A DNA stretch of 56,191 nucleotides, from positions 1-56,191 of the IMG/VR virus record IMGVR_UViG_3300027608_000002; one strand, written 5' to 3'. This DNA comes from a virus. Taxonomy: Duplodnaviria > Caudoviricetes. The notes under the pieces were generated by a model. That model saw only the letters and a list, made by a program, of their open reading frames with translations. It was not told the DNA's origin and ran no database searches. Positions 18,461-27,572 of the stretch are shown here, one piece after another. A program made the translations under genes and the position numbers. Each line of letters begins with the position of its first letter. Position 1 is the first letter of the stretch.

Positions 18461-18508
18461 GTGTTGTTCGAACGGATTGTCCGACCGAACATAAACAGAG
18501 GTGAGTAA

Positions 18509-19183
18509 ATGGCGATAAATTTAAAGACAACAGGCGGCTTGTCTGCCAACGGCGTTAAACTGCTTGTCTATGGGCAAGCGGGTGCCGGAAAGACTACATT
18601 GATAACGACGTTGCCGAAGCCGATTGTACTTTCGGCTGAAGGCGGTCTTTTATCAATTCAGGATGCAGATCTGCCATATATTGAGATTGGTAGCATGGAT
18701 GATCTCATGGAGGCTTATGAGTGGCTGACTGGTTCCGAGGAAGCCAAAGGCTACGGCTCGGTCGCGCTCGATAGCATTTCCGAGATTGCCGAGGTGGTGC
18801 TCAACGCGGAGAAGAAGATTGCGAAAGATCCACGCCAAGCATACGGGGCAATGCAAGAGAAAATGTCAGACGTGATTCGTGCGTTTCGGGATCTTCCCGA
18901 TCGCCATGTTTACATGTCGGCGAAGTTGGAGAAGACGCAAGACGAGATGGGTCGGGTCACATATGCCCCGAGTTTACCTGGCAACAAAATGGGCCAGTCA
19001 TTGCCTTACTTTTTTGACGAGGTGCTTGCGCTCCGCGTTGAGAAGGATGCCGATGGAGCGTCCCAGAGGGCTCTGATGTGCGACAGCGACGGGCTTTGGC
19101 TTGCCAAGGACCGCAGTGGGAAACTTGGTTTATGGGAATCCCCTGATCTTGGCGAGATCATTGCGAAAATAGGTGGCAAATGA
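18509..19183 (+). CDS. AAA_24 / Sak4-like recombination ATPase
   Basis: YGQAGAGKTT, SAEGG, ALDSISEI, AKDRSG; next to SSB and nuclease. Confidence 0.85.
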   Translation: MAINLKTTGGLSANGVKLLVYGQAGAGKTTLITTLPKPIVLSAEGGLLSIQDADLPYIEIGSMDDLMEAYEWLTGSEEAKGYGSVALDSISEIAEVVLNAEKKIAKDPRQAYGAMQEKMSDVIRAFRDLPDRHVYMSAKLEKTQDEMGRVTYAPSLPGNKMGQSLPYFFDEVLALRVEKDADGASQRALMCDSDGLWLAKDRSGKLGLWESPDLGEIIAKIGGK

Positions 19184-19569
19184 CGTCGAATGTTGAGCCA
19201 TTGGCGCAGAGTTGGATCGAGGCGAAGGAGACCGAGAAGAATGCGGTTGAGGTTCGTCGCGATATTGAAGACCAACTGATTAAGATCCTGTCGATCAAGG
19301 AAGATCAAGAGGGGACTGATTCATATGAGGTTGGAGAGTACTCTGTCAAAATCGTTGGCCGTTTGAACCGCAAGGTTGATGCGGACAAAATTCAAGATCT
19401 TGCCGCGGAGAACGGATTGGTCGAGCACCTGCAAAGCCTGTTCCGGTGGAAGCCTGAAATCAATGTGGCGGTGTGGAAGTCCGCGGATGAGAAGATCACC
19501 CGCATTTTATCGAAGGGTGTTTTGACCACTTCCGGTCGGCCCTCATTCACAATCAGCAAGAAGGGTTAA
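19180..19569 (+). CDS. Conserved phage protein of the Sak4/SSB module
   Basis: Coiled N-terminus, FRWKPEI motif; ATGA overlap. Confidence 0.7.
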   Translation: MTSNVEPLAQSWIEAKETEKNAVEVRRDIEDQLIKILSIKEDQEGTDSYEVGEYSVKIVGRLNRKVDADKIQDLAAENGLVEHLQSLFRWKPEINVAVWKSADEKITRILSKGVLTTSGRPSFTISKKG

Positions 19570-19573
19570 TATC

Positions 19574-20056
19574 ATGCAACTCAACGAAGAATTTTCACTC
19601 GACACACTCCCGAAAAGCACCAGTAGTTTTGACCCACTACCTGCGGGTATTTATGAGGTTACGATTACCAAAGCAGAGTTGAAAGACAACAAAGCGGGTA
19701 CTGGTCAATTAATTAGTATTCGCTATGACATTGTGGGTCCGACTCATCAGGGTCGCGTGGTTTTTGGCAATTTTAACATTAAAAATGCTAATCCGAAGGC
19801 TGAAGAAATTGCTCGCCAACAGCTTGGCGAGTTGATGGTCGCGATTGGCATCAACCGCGTCAACGATACAGATCAATTAATTGGTGCTCGGCTGAAGATC
19901 AAAGTGTCAATTCGATCATCTGAAGAATACGGTCCACAGAACGACATCAAGGGATGGTCGAGCGTAAGCGGCGCATCGATCCCGAAGATTTCAGAGACTT
20001 CTGAGTCCACTCCCGCGGCAACAAGTAAAGCGTCACCGCCGTGGGCTAAGAAGTAA
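19574..20056 (+). CDS. DUF669-like ssDNA-binding protein
   Basis: FDPLPAGIY, GRVVF, NDIKG, C-terminal PPWAKK. Confidence 0.8.
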   Translation: MQLNEEFSLDTLPKSTSSFDPLPAGIYEVTITKAELKDNKAGTGQLISIRYDIVGPTHQGRVVFGNFNIKNANPKAEEIARQQLGELMVAIGINRVNDTDQLIGARLKIKVSIRSSEEYGPQNDIKGWSSVSGASIPKISETSESTPAATSKASPPWAKK

Positions 20057-20066
20057 TCTGAAAAAG

Positions 20067-20102
20067 CCCTCCCGACATGAGGGGTGTTGGGGGGGTATTT
20101 TT
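20067..20102 (+). terminator. Intrinsic terminator
   Basis: CCCTCCCGACA/TGTTGGGGGGG stem followed by TATTTTT after the SSB stop. Confidence 0.6.
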
Positions 20103-20110
20103 AAAAGGGG

Positions 20111-20419
20111 ATGACAATGAACGATAAAGACAAGATTGAATTGGCGTTTTTGAAATTTCACATGGACAACCCTCATGTGTATGAGGAGGTCAAGAAGATT
20201 GCATTAGACATAAAGAGGTCTGGCAGAGACTTCTATGGCATTGGGGCGATCTTTGAGATTATCCGATTTCATCGAGCCATGACAACGAACGATCCGGTGT
20301 TCAAGCTCTGCAACAACCACCGAGCTTTGTACAGTCGGTTGTTAATGAAACAGGTGCCTGAATTGGAAGGATTTTTTCGGATCAAACAGAGGAAATTATC
20401 TGTTGATCACGGTGAATGA
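20111..20419 (+). CDS. Conserved hypothetical phage protein
   Basis: F..FH..NPHVY...IFE.IR....FKL.NN..A.Y.R. Confidence 0.7.
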   Translation: MTMNDKDKIELAFLKFHMDNPHVYEEVKKIALDIKRSGRDFYGIGAIFEIIRFHRAMTTNDPVFKLCNNHRALYSRLLMKQVPELEGFFRIKQRKLSVDHGE

Positions 20420-21020
20420 AATTCAATCGTGGGAATGCGAGCAATGGGTGTTGCACAAGCATTATGCCAAAAGGATGCCGCCTATCAGCCATGCCTACGG
20501 CCTGTTTGACGACCAAACCTTGATTGGCGTTGTGACCTACGGGTCGCCGCCATCTCGCCCGTTGTGCGTTGGTGTGTGCGGCATTGAACACGTTGATAAT
20601 GTTTTGGAGCTAAACCGTTTGGTTCTGGCCGACAACGCAAAGAACCAAGCGAGCATTCTGGTTGGCAGATCGTTGCGATTGCTTCCAAAGCCGCGGATCG
20701 TTGTGTCGTTTGCTGACACGGCTCAAGGGCACGTTGGATATATCTATCAGGCGACGAACTGGCTTTACACGGGCCTGAGCAAGAAGCGTAACGATCGCAT
20801 GAGCGTTGGAGACAATCGCCACCCGCGGACGGGGTTCGATCCAAACGGCATGTTGGTCGAGAGGAGCCGCAAGCATCGATACGTTTTTTTCGTTGGGAAT
20901 AAGAAACAAGTCAAAGAATTAAAATTAGCGTTAAAATACCCCGTTTCGTCCTATCCGAAGGGTGATAGCGCACGATACGATTCGTCCGGCGACGTTGAAA
21001 CGCAAATGAAATTATTGTGA
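20403..21020 (+). CDS. mom: Mom-family (GNAT-fold) DNA adenine-modifying enzyme
   Basis: KHY, GVVTYG, LELNRL, VSFADTAQGHVGYIYQATNWLYTG, KHRY pattern; start codon uncertain. Confidence 0.75.
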   Translation: MITVNEIQSWECEQWVLHKHYAKRMPPISHAYGLFDDQTLIGVVTYGSPPSRPLCVGVCGIEHVDNVLELNRLVLADNAKNQASILVGRSLRLLPKPRIVVSFADTAQGHVGYIYQATNWLYTGLSKKRNDRMSVGDNRHPRTGFDPNGMLVERSRKHRYVFFVGNKKQVKELKLALKYPVSSYPKGDSARYDSSGDVETQMKLL

Positions 21021-21030
21021 GGGGATAAAA

Positions 21031-22065
21031 GTGGTTGAGATTCCAGAATTCACCAACAGACTCATAGAGGCGATTGATGCGGCGCATGAAAGCCGCCAAG
21101 GCAAGCCGCGACCTCACATGGGCGTCTCGATGATAGGCGACCCTTGCGATCGGAGGCTTTGGCTGTCGTTCCGGTGGGCGGTGCAAGAAAAGTTTTCCGG
21201 TCGCCTGTTGCGGTTGTTCCGCCGCGGTCATCAGGAAGAGATCAGCATCATTCAGGATCTTCGCGATGCGGGGCTCGCTGTCATGGGGACGAACGGCTAT
21301 CAAGAGAAGGTAGATTTTGGTTCTCACGTATCTGGTAGCATTGACGGCATCATTACGAGCGGCGTGCCAGAGGCACCGAACAAGAAGCATATTGCAGAGT
21401 TCAAGACGCATAGCCTGAAGTCGTTTAACGATTTGGTTGCGCACGGCGTGCAGAAGTCGAAGCCTCTGCATTACACCCAGATGCAAGGCTACATGCATGG
21501 TACGGGGATCGATCGCGCTCTCTATGTGGCTGTTTGTAAGGACGACGACCGCATCCACACCGAGCGTGTTAAGTACAACAAAGAGGTTGCGGAGAAAGCG
21601 ATCAATCGGGCGAAGAGGATCGCGCTTGAGGATCGTATGCCGCCACCACTGACAACGGACCCAACGTGGTTCCAGTGCCGTTTTTGCCCCGCTCACGAAT
21701 TCTGCCATGAGACCAAACTCACCAAGCATGTGAATTGCCGGACGTGCGCTCACAGCACTGCGAAGGACGATAGCACTTGGCGGTGCGAGCTTAACGACTC
21801 GGCGGAGATCCCGATCGATTTTCAGCACGAGGGATGCGTCGAGCACGTTCTCCACCCTGATCTGGTGCCGTGGCAACGCAAGGCCGGAGAAAATGAGTGG
21901 TCCGCGGTTTACGTGATCGACGGCAAAGACGTTCAAAACGGCTCGCCTGACGTGCGTGTATTTAGCAGTAAGGAGATCCTCGCGAATCCTTCAGGATGCG
22001 CAAGTGACAATCCGATTATCAAGGCGGTGCGAGAAACATTCCCAGGCGCAGAAATTGTAGGATAA
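21031..22065 (+). CDS. Cas4-like / PD-(D/E)XK exonuclease with Cys cluster
   Basis: C.RRLW, G..E, GSIDG, AEFKT, YTQMQGYM, CRFC....C, CRTC. Confidence 0.85.
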   Translation: MVEIPEFTNRLIEAIDAAHESRQGKPRPHMGVSMIGDPCDRRLWLSFRWAVQEKFSGRLLRLFRRGHQEEISIIQDLRDAGLAVMGTNGYQEKVDFGSHVSGSIDGIITSGVPEAPNKKHIAEFKTHSLKSFNDLVAHGVQKSKPLHYTQMQGYMHGTGIDRALYVAVCKDDDRIHTERVKYNKEVAEKAINRAKRIALEDRMPPPLTTDPTWFQCRFCPAHEFCHETKLTKHVNCRTCAHSTAKDDSTWRCELNDSAEIPIDFQHEGCVEHVLHPDLVPWQRKAGENEWSAVYVIDGKDVQNGSPDVRVFSSKEILANPSGCASDNPIIKAVRETFPGAEIVG

Positions 22066-22081
22066 ATTAAGGAGCAAGATT

Positions 22082-23704
22082 ATGGAGTTACGTGATTATC
22101 AACAGAAATCTATCACTGATTTGTATCGGTGGTTTGAGTTGCACGAAGGTAACCCTTGTTTGGTTATGCCCACGGCAAGTGGCAAAAGCCATGTTGTGGC
22201 GGCTTTGTGCAAGGACGCGATCCAGAATTGGCCAGAGACCCGCGTGCTGATGTTGACGCACGTTAAAGAACTGATTGAGCAGAACGCGGATAAGATGCTC
22301 CAGTATTGGCCAGACGCTCCTTTGGGTATTTACTCCGCGGGTATAGGCGTAAAGCAGCTAGGCCAAAACATTACGTTTGCGGGGATCCAATCGATATATA
22401 ATATTCCCGAAAAAGTCGGCCATATCGATTTAGTCGTGATTGACGAATGCCATCTCGTGAACCACGCGCAAACCGGAACATACCGGATGTTTATCCAAGC
22501 CCTTCAGGAGATTAACCCAAGCCTACGTGTGATTGGTCTGACGGCAACCCCGTACCGAATGGGGCATGGTTTAATCACCGATAAGCCTGCCCTGTTCAAT
22601 GCTTTGCTTGAGCCCGTGACAATTTCAGAGTTGGTGTTCAAAAAGTGGCTATCACCCCTGCGAAGCAAGCATACTGTTAAAAATCTTGATGCAAGCGGGG
22701 TTAAGAAACGTGGCGGGGAATATATCGAGGCGGAACTTCAGGCGGCAGTCGATACGGAAGAAAACAATTTAGCCATTGTCAAAGAAACGATTGCTCGTGC
22801 CGGAGATCGAAAAGCATGGTTGTTTTTCTGTACTGGCATCAGCCATGCAGAAAACATTGCAAAAATTTTACAAGAGCACGGGATCTCGTCGGCCTGTATT
22901 GTCGGGAGCACACCTAAAAAAGAACGACAGAGGATTTTGGAAGAGTATAAGGCCGGAAACATTAGAGCTCTTACAAATGCAAACGTTTTGACAACTGGTT
23001 TTGATTATCCGGATATTGATTTGATTGCGATGTTGCGCCCGACGATGTCGCCTGGCTTATATTTACAGATGGCAGGCCGCGGCATGCGGTTAAAATCTCA
23101 CACTGATCATTGCTTGGTGTTGGACTTTGCAGGCGTTGTGCAAAAGCACGGCCCAATCACGGCGGTCGTTCCACCACCAAATTCAAAGTTTCCGCGAGCA
23201 ACAGAAACGCCAATGAAGGCATGCGAGGAGTGTCATGAATTGAACCATTTGGCCGCTCAAAATTGCTCGTGTTGCGGTGCATCATTTAAAATGTCATCTC
23301 AGCAGGGTGAACCTAAAAAATTGCAATTGCACAATCTCGATATCATGGGAATCCAAGGCCAAGAACTTGATGTTACTGGTTGGACTTGGCGTAGGCATAT
23401 CAGTCGGACAAGCGGCAAGGAGATGCTGTCTGTGACTTATTACGGCGGTTATTCGGATCCTCCGGTTACCGAGTATTTCCCTGTCCGCCATGATGGATAC
23501 GCGGGGCAGAAGGCAACGCAAGAGATCCTAACAATTGCTCGATCTGCAGGTGTCCCAACGGATAAATTTATTCATCAAGAATATCTGGAGCAAGTGGCGG
23601 TGGTGCTTGATGGCGGTAAGCCACCGCGAGAACTTGAATATCGAAAGGACGGGAAGTTCTATCGGGTGATCAAACGGAAATGGCCGCATGAAAACCGAGC
23701 ATGA
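22082..23704 (+). CDS. SF2 (DExH, RadD/YejH-like) helicase with Zn finger
   Basis: LRDYQ, PTASGKS, DECH, GLTATP, LTTGFD, QMAGRGMR, CEEC/CSCC. Confidence 0.92.
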   Translation: MELRDYQQKSITDLYRWFELHEGNPCLVMPTASGKSHVVAALCKDAIQNWPETRVLMLTHVKELIEQNADKMLQYWPDAPLGIYSAGIGVKQLGQNITFAGIQSIYNIPEKVGHIDLVVIDECHLVNHAQTGTYRMFIQALQEINPSLRVIGLTATPYRMGHGLITDKPALFNALLEPVTISELVFKKWLSPLRSKHTVKNLDASGVKKRGGEYIEAELQAAVDTEENNLAIVKETIARAGDRKAWLFFCTGISHAENIAKILQEHGISSACIVGSTPKKERQRILEEYKAGNIRALTNANVLTTGFDYPDIDLIAMLRPTMSPGLYLQMAGRGMRLKSHTDHCLVLDFAGVVQKHGPITAVVPPPNSKFPRATETPMKACEECHELNHLAAQNCSCCGASFKMSSQQGEPKKLQLHNLDIMGIQGQELDVTGWTWRRHISRTSGKEMLSVTYYGGYSDPPVTEYFPVRHDGYAGQKATQEILTIARSAGVPTDKFIHQEYLEQVAVVLDGGKPPRELEYRKDGKFYRVIKRKWPHENRA

Positions 23705-24020
23705 GGAACAACGAGAATTTGTGAGTTGGTTTCGAAAAAACAAAGGGGATGTGCGGATCTTTGCCATCCCCAATGGGGGAAGCCGGAGCCTGTCATCAGC
23801 CGCCAGAATGAAAGTCGAAGGCGTCTCCCGCGGCGTCCCAGACCTTTTTATTCCTGAATGGTGGACGTGGATTGAGATGAAGAGGGTGAGCGGCGGCGTG
23901 GTCGCACCGGAACAAAAAAGTTGGCACGAGTATCTCGATCAGATTGGATACATCGTAATCGTTGCTAGAGGATGTGAAGAAGCTATTAAATTATTGGAGG
24001 AATCAAGATGTCAAAAATAA
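23688..24020 (+). CDS. VRR-NUC domain nuclease (putative resolvase)
   Basis: EHEEQ..FAIPNGG..GVPDL..IEMK..EQ. Confidence 0.85.
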   Translation: MKTEHEEQREFVSWFRKNKGDVRIFAIPNGGSRSLSSAARMKVEGVSRGVPDLFIPEWWTWIEMKRVSGGVVAPEQKSWHEYLDQIGYIVIVARGCEEAIKLLEESRCQK

Positions 24021-24802
24021 CAAATAAAGATTTCCAATTGTTTCGGCTTTCGCCAGAAATATGGAAATATACAAATCTAGACGATATTAACCAAACTTTT
24101 AAAGATATGATGGAACTTGATTTGGATTGTGCTCCTTATTCTAACTTTGCCATTGAAATAAAAGTAATTTTTATTAACGGGCTATATCACATGAATTATG
24201 TTAGTGAAAAAGAAAAAAATTGGACAATGTTAATAGAATACGAAATGGAAAAATTTAAAGTTGAAGATTACATTGCAGGTCAAGGAACCGAAGGTTTTCG
24301 TAATTTATTTGTAACAATAATTGATGAGCATAAAAAAGTTTTGACTAAAAAAGCCAACATATCAAATTTTATAAAAAATGGAAAAAAATTTAATATTCCA
24401 AATAATTTGACAGAAGGTGGGGCAGAAGACATGTGGTATATTGCATGTGATTGCCGAGCAATTTTACTTGTGATGCTTGCGACAAAAAATGCAAAACAAG
24501 AAAAATTGGTTAATCGGGATCTTTTGGCTGGAAAACATAACAAAAAAAACGTTTACAGAAAAGATTACCCGTACACGACAACAATTAGCATTGGGAAAAT
24601 TACAGAAAATTATACAAACAATGGGGATGATTCCAAATCTGTCAGGCCGCATTTGAGACGTGGCCACATCAGAACACAAAGTTTTGGTCCTAATCGTTCT
24701 TTTGAAAAAAAGATTTTCATTGAGCCCGTGTTTGTTAATGCAAGTGAAGGATGGATTGGAAAAAGAAGCGCATACAACGTATCGGTTGGAGGTGCCCAAT
24801 GA
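24008..24802 (+). CDS. AT-rich hypothetical protein with C-terminal PHxRRGHxR motif
   Basis: 264 aa; VRPHLRRGHIRTQ..IFIEPVFVN. Confidence 0.7.
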   Translation: MSKITNKDFQLFRLSPEIWKYTNLDDINQTFKDMMELDLDCAPYSNFAIEIKVIFINGLYHMNYVSEKEKNWTMLIEYEMEKFKVEDYIAGQGTEGFRNLFVTIIDEHKKVLTKKANISNFIKNGKKFNIPNNLTEGGAEDMWYIACDCRAILLVMLATKNAKQEKLVNRDLLAGKHNKKNVYRKDYPYTTTISIGKITENYTNNGDDSKSVRPHLRRGHIRTQSFGPNRSFEKKIFIEPVFVNASEGWIGKRSAYNVSVGGAQ

Positions 24803-24951
24803 ACATTGTTATAACCATCAGCACGAACGGCGTGGATCAAATATTTGTATTCCCTTTACAAAAAAAACCATCTTTTTTTAGAAAGATTAAAAAAATGTTT
24901 CAAAAAAACGCCAGAAAACCTTTATATTCCAAAGACTTATTATTATTATAA

Positions 24952-25043
24952 AAAGGATAAAAAAATGCTTGCATAATGAATAAGACATCTTTATACATAT
25001 CTTTGTCGGGGCGAGGTGCTCCGCCTAAATAGGAGATTTTAAG
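24952..25043 (+). promoter_or_regulatory. Early promoter/leader cassette, copy C
   Basis: GATAAAAAAATGC, TTGCAT(24969)-17 nt-TATACA(24992), GC hairpin, AAATAGGAGATT SD. Confidence 0.7.
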
Positions 25044-25337
25044 ATGACCAATTATTCCCTTGCAGACCAGTACGCGACTCTCAAGGCTCAACGCGACGAG
25101 CTTGACGCTCAGATCGAAGCTCTCAAGGCTGAGATCGTTGCCTCCGGTGCAGAGTTGATTGAGGGCGATATTTACAATGTGAAGGTTCACCTTCGCGCCA
25201 CCAAGGTTGTGGACGAGGTCGCTCTCGCCGAGCACGGTGTCACCGTCGAGCAGTTGAAGGTTCTCAACGCTTGCAAGAAGGACGGCAAGATCTACCCAGT
25301 ACTCGACGTGAAGCCTCGTGTGGCACTTGCCGCGTAA
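25044..25337 (+). CDS. Hypothetical early coiled-coil protein
   Basis: Strong SD, own promoter. Confidence 0.75.
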   Translation: MTNYSLADQYATLKAQRDELDAQIEALKAEIVASGAELIEGDIYNVKVHLRATKVVDEVALAEHGVTVEQLKVLNACKKDGKIYPVLDVKPRVALAA

Positions 25338-25341
25338 CAAC

Positions 25342-25357
25342 GGGGGCTTCGGCCCCC
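25342..25357 (+). terminator. UUCG-capped hairpin GGGGGC-TTCG-GCCCCC
   Basis: 6-bp stem with TTCG loop; no U-tract. Confidence 0.4.
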
Positions 25358-25379
25358 ACTCACTCAAAGGAGATTTAAA

Positions 25380-25571
25380 ATGACTATTTCTGAAGCAGTG
25401 CAACTGATTGAAGAGGGTTGCGACGATAACGATTTGTTAGCAGACGCATGGCAGTGTCTGATTGATACAGGGGCCGCATGGTCTCTACAGGGGTGGTATG
25501 GGCGCACAGCGTCATTGTTAATCGAGAGCGGCATTTGTTGGTCGCCATTCAAGGAAGAGGAGGTAGCGTAA
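25380..25571 (+). CDS. Conserved small phage protein (WQ.LIDTG.AW.LQG.YGR motif)
   Basis: 63-aa ORF, AAGGAG SD. Confidence 0.75.
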   Translation: MTISEAVQLIEEGCDDNDLLADAWQCLIDTGAAWSLQGWYGRTASLLIESGICWSPFKEEEVA

Positions 25572-25822
25572 TGGATTTTACATCAATGGCGTTAAAATGC
25601 GCAGGTCTTGAAGATGTTTGGAAAAAAACCGCTTCTAATTTTTTGAAAAAGCAAGTTTCGAATGATTTGGAAAAGGTAATTGTTCTTCAATCGACGGCTC
25701 TTAGCTTTTATGTCACGCTCATGTTGGCCAGTAAAATAGATCCAGATGAAATTATTAGGGTAACCAAAGAGGGTATTATTGCGTGTCGAGAGTACGAACG
25801 AAATAAGGGGAAAACACAATGA
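25571..25822 (+). CDS. Hypothetical protein
   Basis: TAATG coupling; MDFTSMALK... Confidence 0.6.
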   Translation: MDFTSMALKCAGLEDVWKKTASNFLKKQVSNDLEKVIVLQSTALSFYVTLMLASKIDPDEIIRVTKEGIIACREYERNKGKTQ

Positions 25823-26040
25823 CAACGATATGGGCGATACAGATTGAATACAAGGTTAAGGGCAACATTGTGCGTCGATCGCACTTTGTGCCCAACACGG
25901 AATCCATCACCAAGCTAGAAAAGCACTTAAAAGGGTTTGGTGGTGGTGTCGTGCACAAAAGGCTTTACGTGGTTTCTGACTGGGTAGAGGTGCTCGACGA
26001 AGTAGAAAAAGAAATTGAACAAGAGGATGCTTTGATATGA
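25819..26040 (+). CDS. Hypothetical protein
   Basis: ATGA overlaps at both ends. Confidence 0.65.
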   Translation: MTTIWAIQIEYKVKGNIVRRSHFVPNTESITKLEKHLKGFGGGVVHKRLYVVSDWVEVLDEVEKEIEQEDALI

Positions 26041-26465
26041 CAACGACAGAACTACTTAGCCAACGTCAAGATACGCATGGCGATTACCGTAATGTTTCTA
26101 GTATTGCACAGACCTTTCGAGAACTCATGCGTGAAACGAACGGTTGGTCGAAGATGAACGATGAGCAAAGGGAAGCCTTGGATAGCATGGCATCAAAGTT
26201 TGGTCGCCTCGGCTCCGGTGACCCCCACTTCCGTGATCATTGGGACGACATAGCGGGATACGCCACACTTGCTTCACTGCATTGCGACAGTGTCACGGGC
26301 ACCATTACGCGGGACATCGCAACCGTTGTTGAACAGATCAAGGTTGGAGGAGAGCCGACAGGTGTTGATGAGGACGGAGAGAGGTTTCCGGAAGCCGTGA
26401 CCCTACCAAAGGTCGGCGGCAAGAAGGGTTTCTTTGGTGCCAAGAAAGAGGAAGGAGAAGCATGA
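26037..26465 (+). CDS. DUF6378-like protein
   Basis: L..R..THGD...K..R...G.....DHW.DIAGYA. Confidence 0.75.
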   Translation: MTTTELLSQRQDTHGDYRNVSSIAQTFRELMRETNGWSKMNDEQREALDSMASKFGRLGSGDPHFRDHWDDIAGYATLASLHCDSVTGTITRDIATVVEQIKVGGEPTGVDEDGERFPEAVTLPKVGGKKGFFGAKKEEGEA

Positions 26466-26656
26466 TGATTACGATCAATACAATAGACTTTGTAACCATG
26501 GCGTGGATTGGCATGGGCATTTGGGCCGCTGTCACACTCATCCAAGAAGTTAAGTATACGTGGCAACATTGGAGTGATGAGAACATGTACTGGAAGAAGA
26601 AGCATGATGCATTGAGGGAAGAACTTAACAGTAGGGTTGAGAAAAGTGGTAGCTGA
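26462..26656 (+). CDS. Small membrane protein
   Basis: N-terminal hydrophobic helix; ATGA overlap. Confidence 0.6.
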   Translation: MMITINTIDFVTMAWIGMGIWAAVTLIQEVKYTWQHWSDENMYWKKKHDALREELNSRVEKSGS

Positions 26657-26747
26657 AGATAGCACCATTTTCATGTTTTCATTGGCGTCGGTGGTATTTG
26701 CCACCGCCGCTTTTATTTTTCTAAGCACTTTCTGGAGGAAAAAATGA
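26646..26747 (+). CDS. Putative 33-aa single-TM peptide
   Basis: Manual translation MVAEDSTIFMFSLASVVFATAAFIFLSTFWRKK*, fills the gap, ATGA coupling downstream. Confidence 0.4.
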   Translation: MVAEDSTIFMFSLASVVFATAAFIFLSTFWRKK

Positions 26748-26908
26748 GAAGACTGCGGCCAAATTACGTGAACGTCGCTAAATTAGTTGTTGCAAAAGAA
26801 TTTGCCAAAGCGATAAAATTTGACATTCGCGTCAGGAAATTAGATGATATGATCAAGAAAATGATCTATGAAATAAATCAAATTAAGGAAATTCAAAATG
26901 AGTCATGA
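26744..26908 (+). CDS. Small basic hypothetical protein (54 aa)
   Basis: Manual translation MRRLRPNY...QNES*, GGAGG SD. Confidence 0.55.
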   Translation: MRRLRPNYVNVAKLVVAKEFAKAIKFDIRVRKLDDMIKKMIYEINQIKEIQNES

Positions 26909-27194
26909 GATGGCTGTAATTAAATCGAGCAAGCTATCTTCTCCTGAAAAAATTATGTGGCTTGGCCTTTATTATCGATACGGGGGTAGTTGGTTTGAAG
27001 GCACCTATCAGGAGATGGGTGAGATGCTTGGGATGAACGAGCACACCGTGAAATCTCAAATAACAAAATTACGCCGGAACGGCGCAGTTAATATCCTGTC
27101 CACATACTTATCGAAGGAAAGCCACATTGTGGGCAAAGGCAGATCCGGAAGCAGATTTGAATTGGTAATGCCAGAGGCATGGGAGAATGCGTAA
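26898..27194 (+). CDS. Winged-HTH protein
   Basis: LSSPEK..TYQEMGEMLGMNEHTVKSQITKLRRNGAV. Confidence 0.7.
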   Translation: MSHEMAVIKSSKLSSPEKIMWLGLYYRYGGSWFEGTYQEMGEMLGMNEHTVKSQITKLRRNGAVNILSTYLSKESHIVGKGRSGSRFELVMPEAWENA

Positions 27195-27382
27195 TGGAAG
27201 ACATTGTCAGCAGGTTGCGTGTTTTGAATTTTATGGGTCCGTGGCAAGAAGCGGCTGATGAGATTGAGCGGTTGCGGGAAGCGTTGCTTGATACGTTTGC
27301 GTATGTGTCAAGAGCCGATAATTTGTTTTTGAAGGAGTCCACAAAAAATACATTGAAAGGAATACCTGATGGACATTGTTGA
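27194..27382 (+). CDS. Small DIV.RLR/ADEIERLR-motif protein
   Basis: TAATG coupling; MEDIVSRLR...AADEIERLREAL. Confidence 0.65.
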   Translation: MEDIVSRLRVLNFMGPWQEAADEIERLREALLDTFAYVSRADNLFLKESTKNTLKGIPDGHC

Positions 27383-27569
27383 ACGGTTGCGATTATTTGC
27401 CAAAGATACTCCCACCGCTATCATTGCCGATAACGCTGTTAGGAGAGCCGACGAGATCGAGCGGTTGCGGGAAGCATTAGAGTTAGTTGTGGTTTATCAC
27501 GAGGGATTTACTTTGACGATTGAAGAAGTTGTTGAAGCTGCCCGTGACGCACTGAAGGAGAAAGAGTGA
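27369..27569 (+). CDS. Small DIVERLR/ADEIERLR-motif protein
   Basis: Paralogue of the previous gene; ends LKEKE. Confidence 0.65.
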   Translation: MDIVERLRLFAKDTPTAIIADNAVRRADEIERLREALELVVVYHEGFTLTIEEVVEAARDALKEKE

Positions 27570-27572
27570 TAG

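Noticed and set aside
18208-18508. Lysogeny switch (cI/cro)
   Set aside because: Only one short HTH; no repressor peptidase domain, integrase or partition genes recognised.
20911-21936. 341-aa - strand ORF
   Set aside because: Antisense shadow of the nuclease gene.
21031-22065. CRISPR-Cas gene
   Set aside because: Cas4-like nuclease in the usual Sak4/SSB/helicase module; no other cas genes or array.
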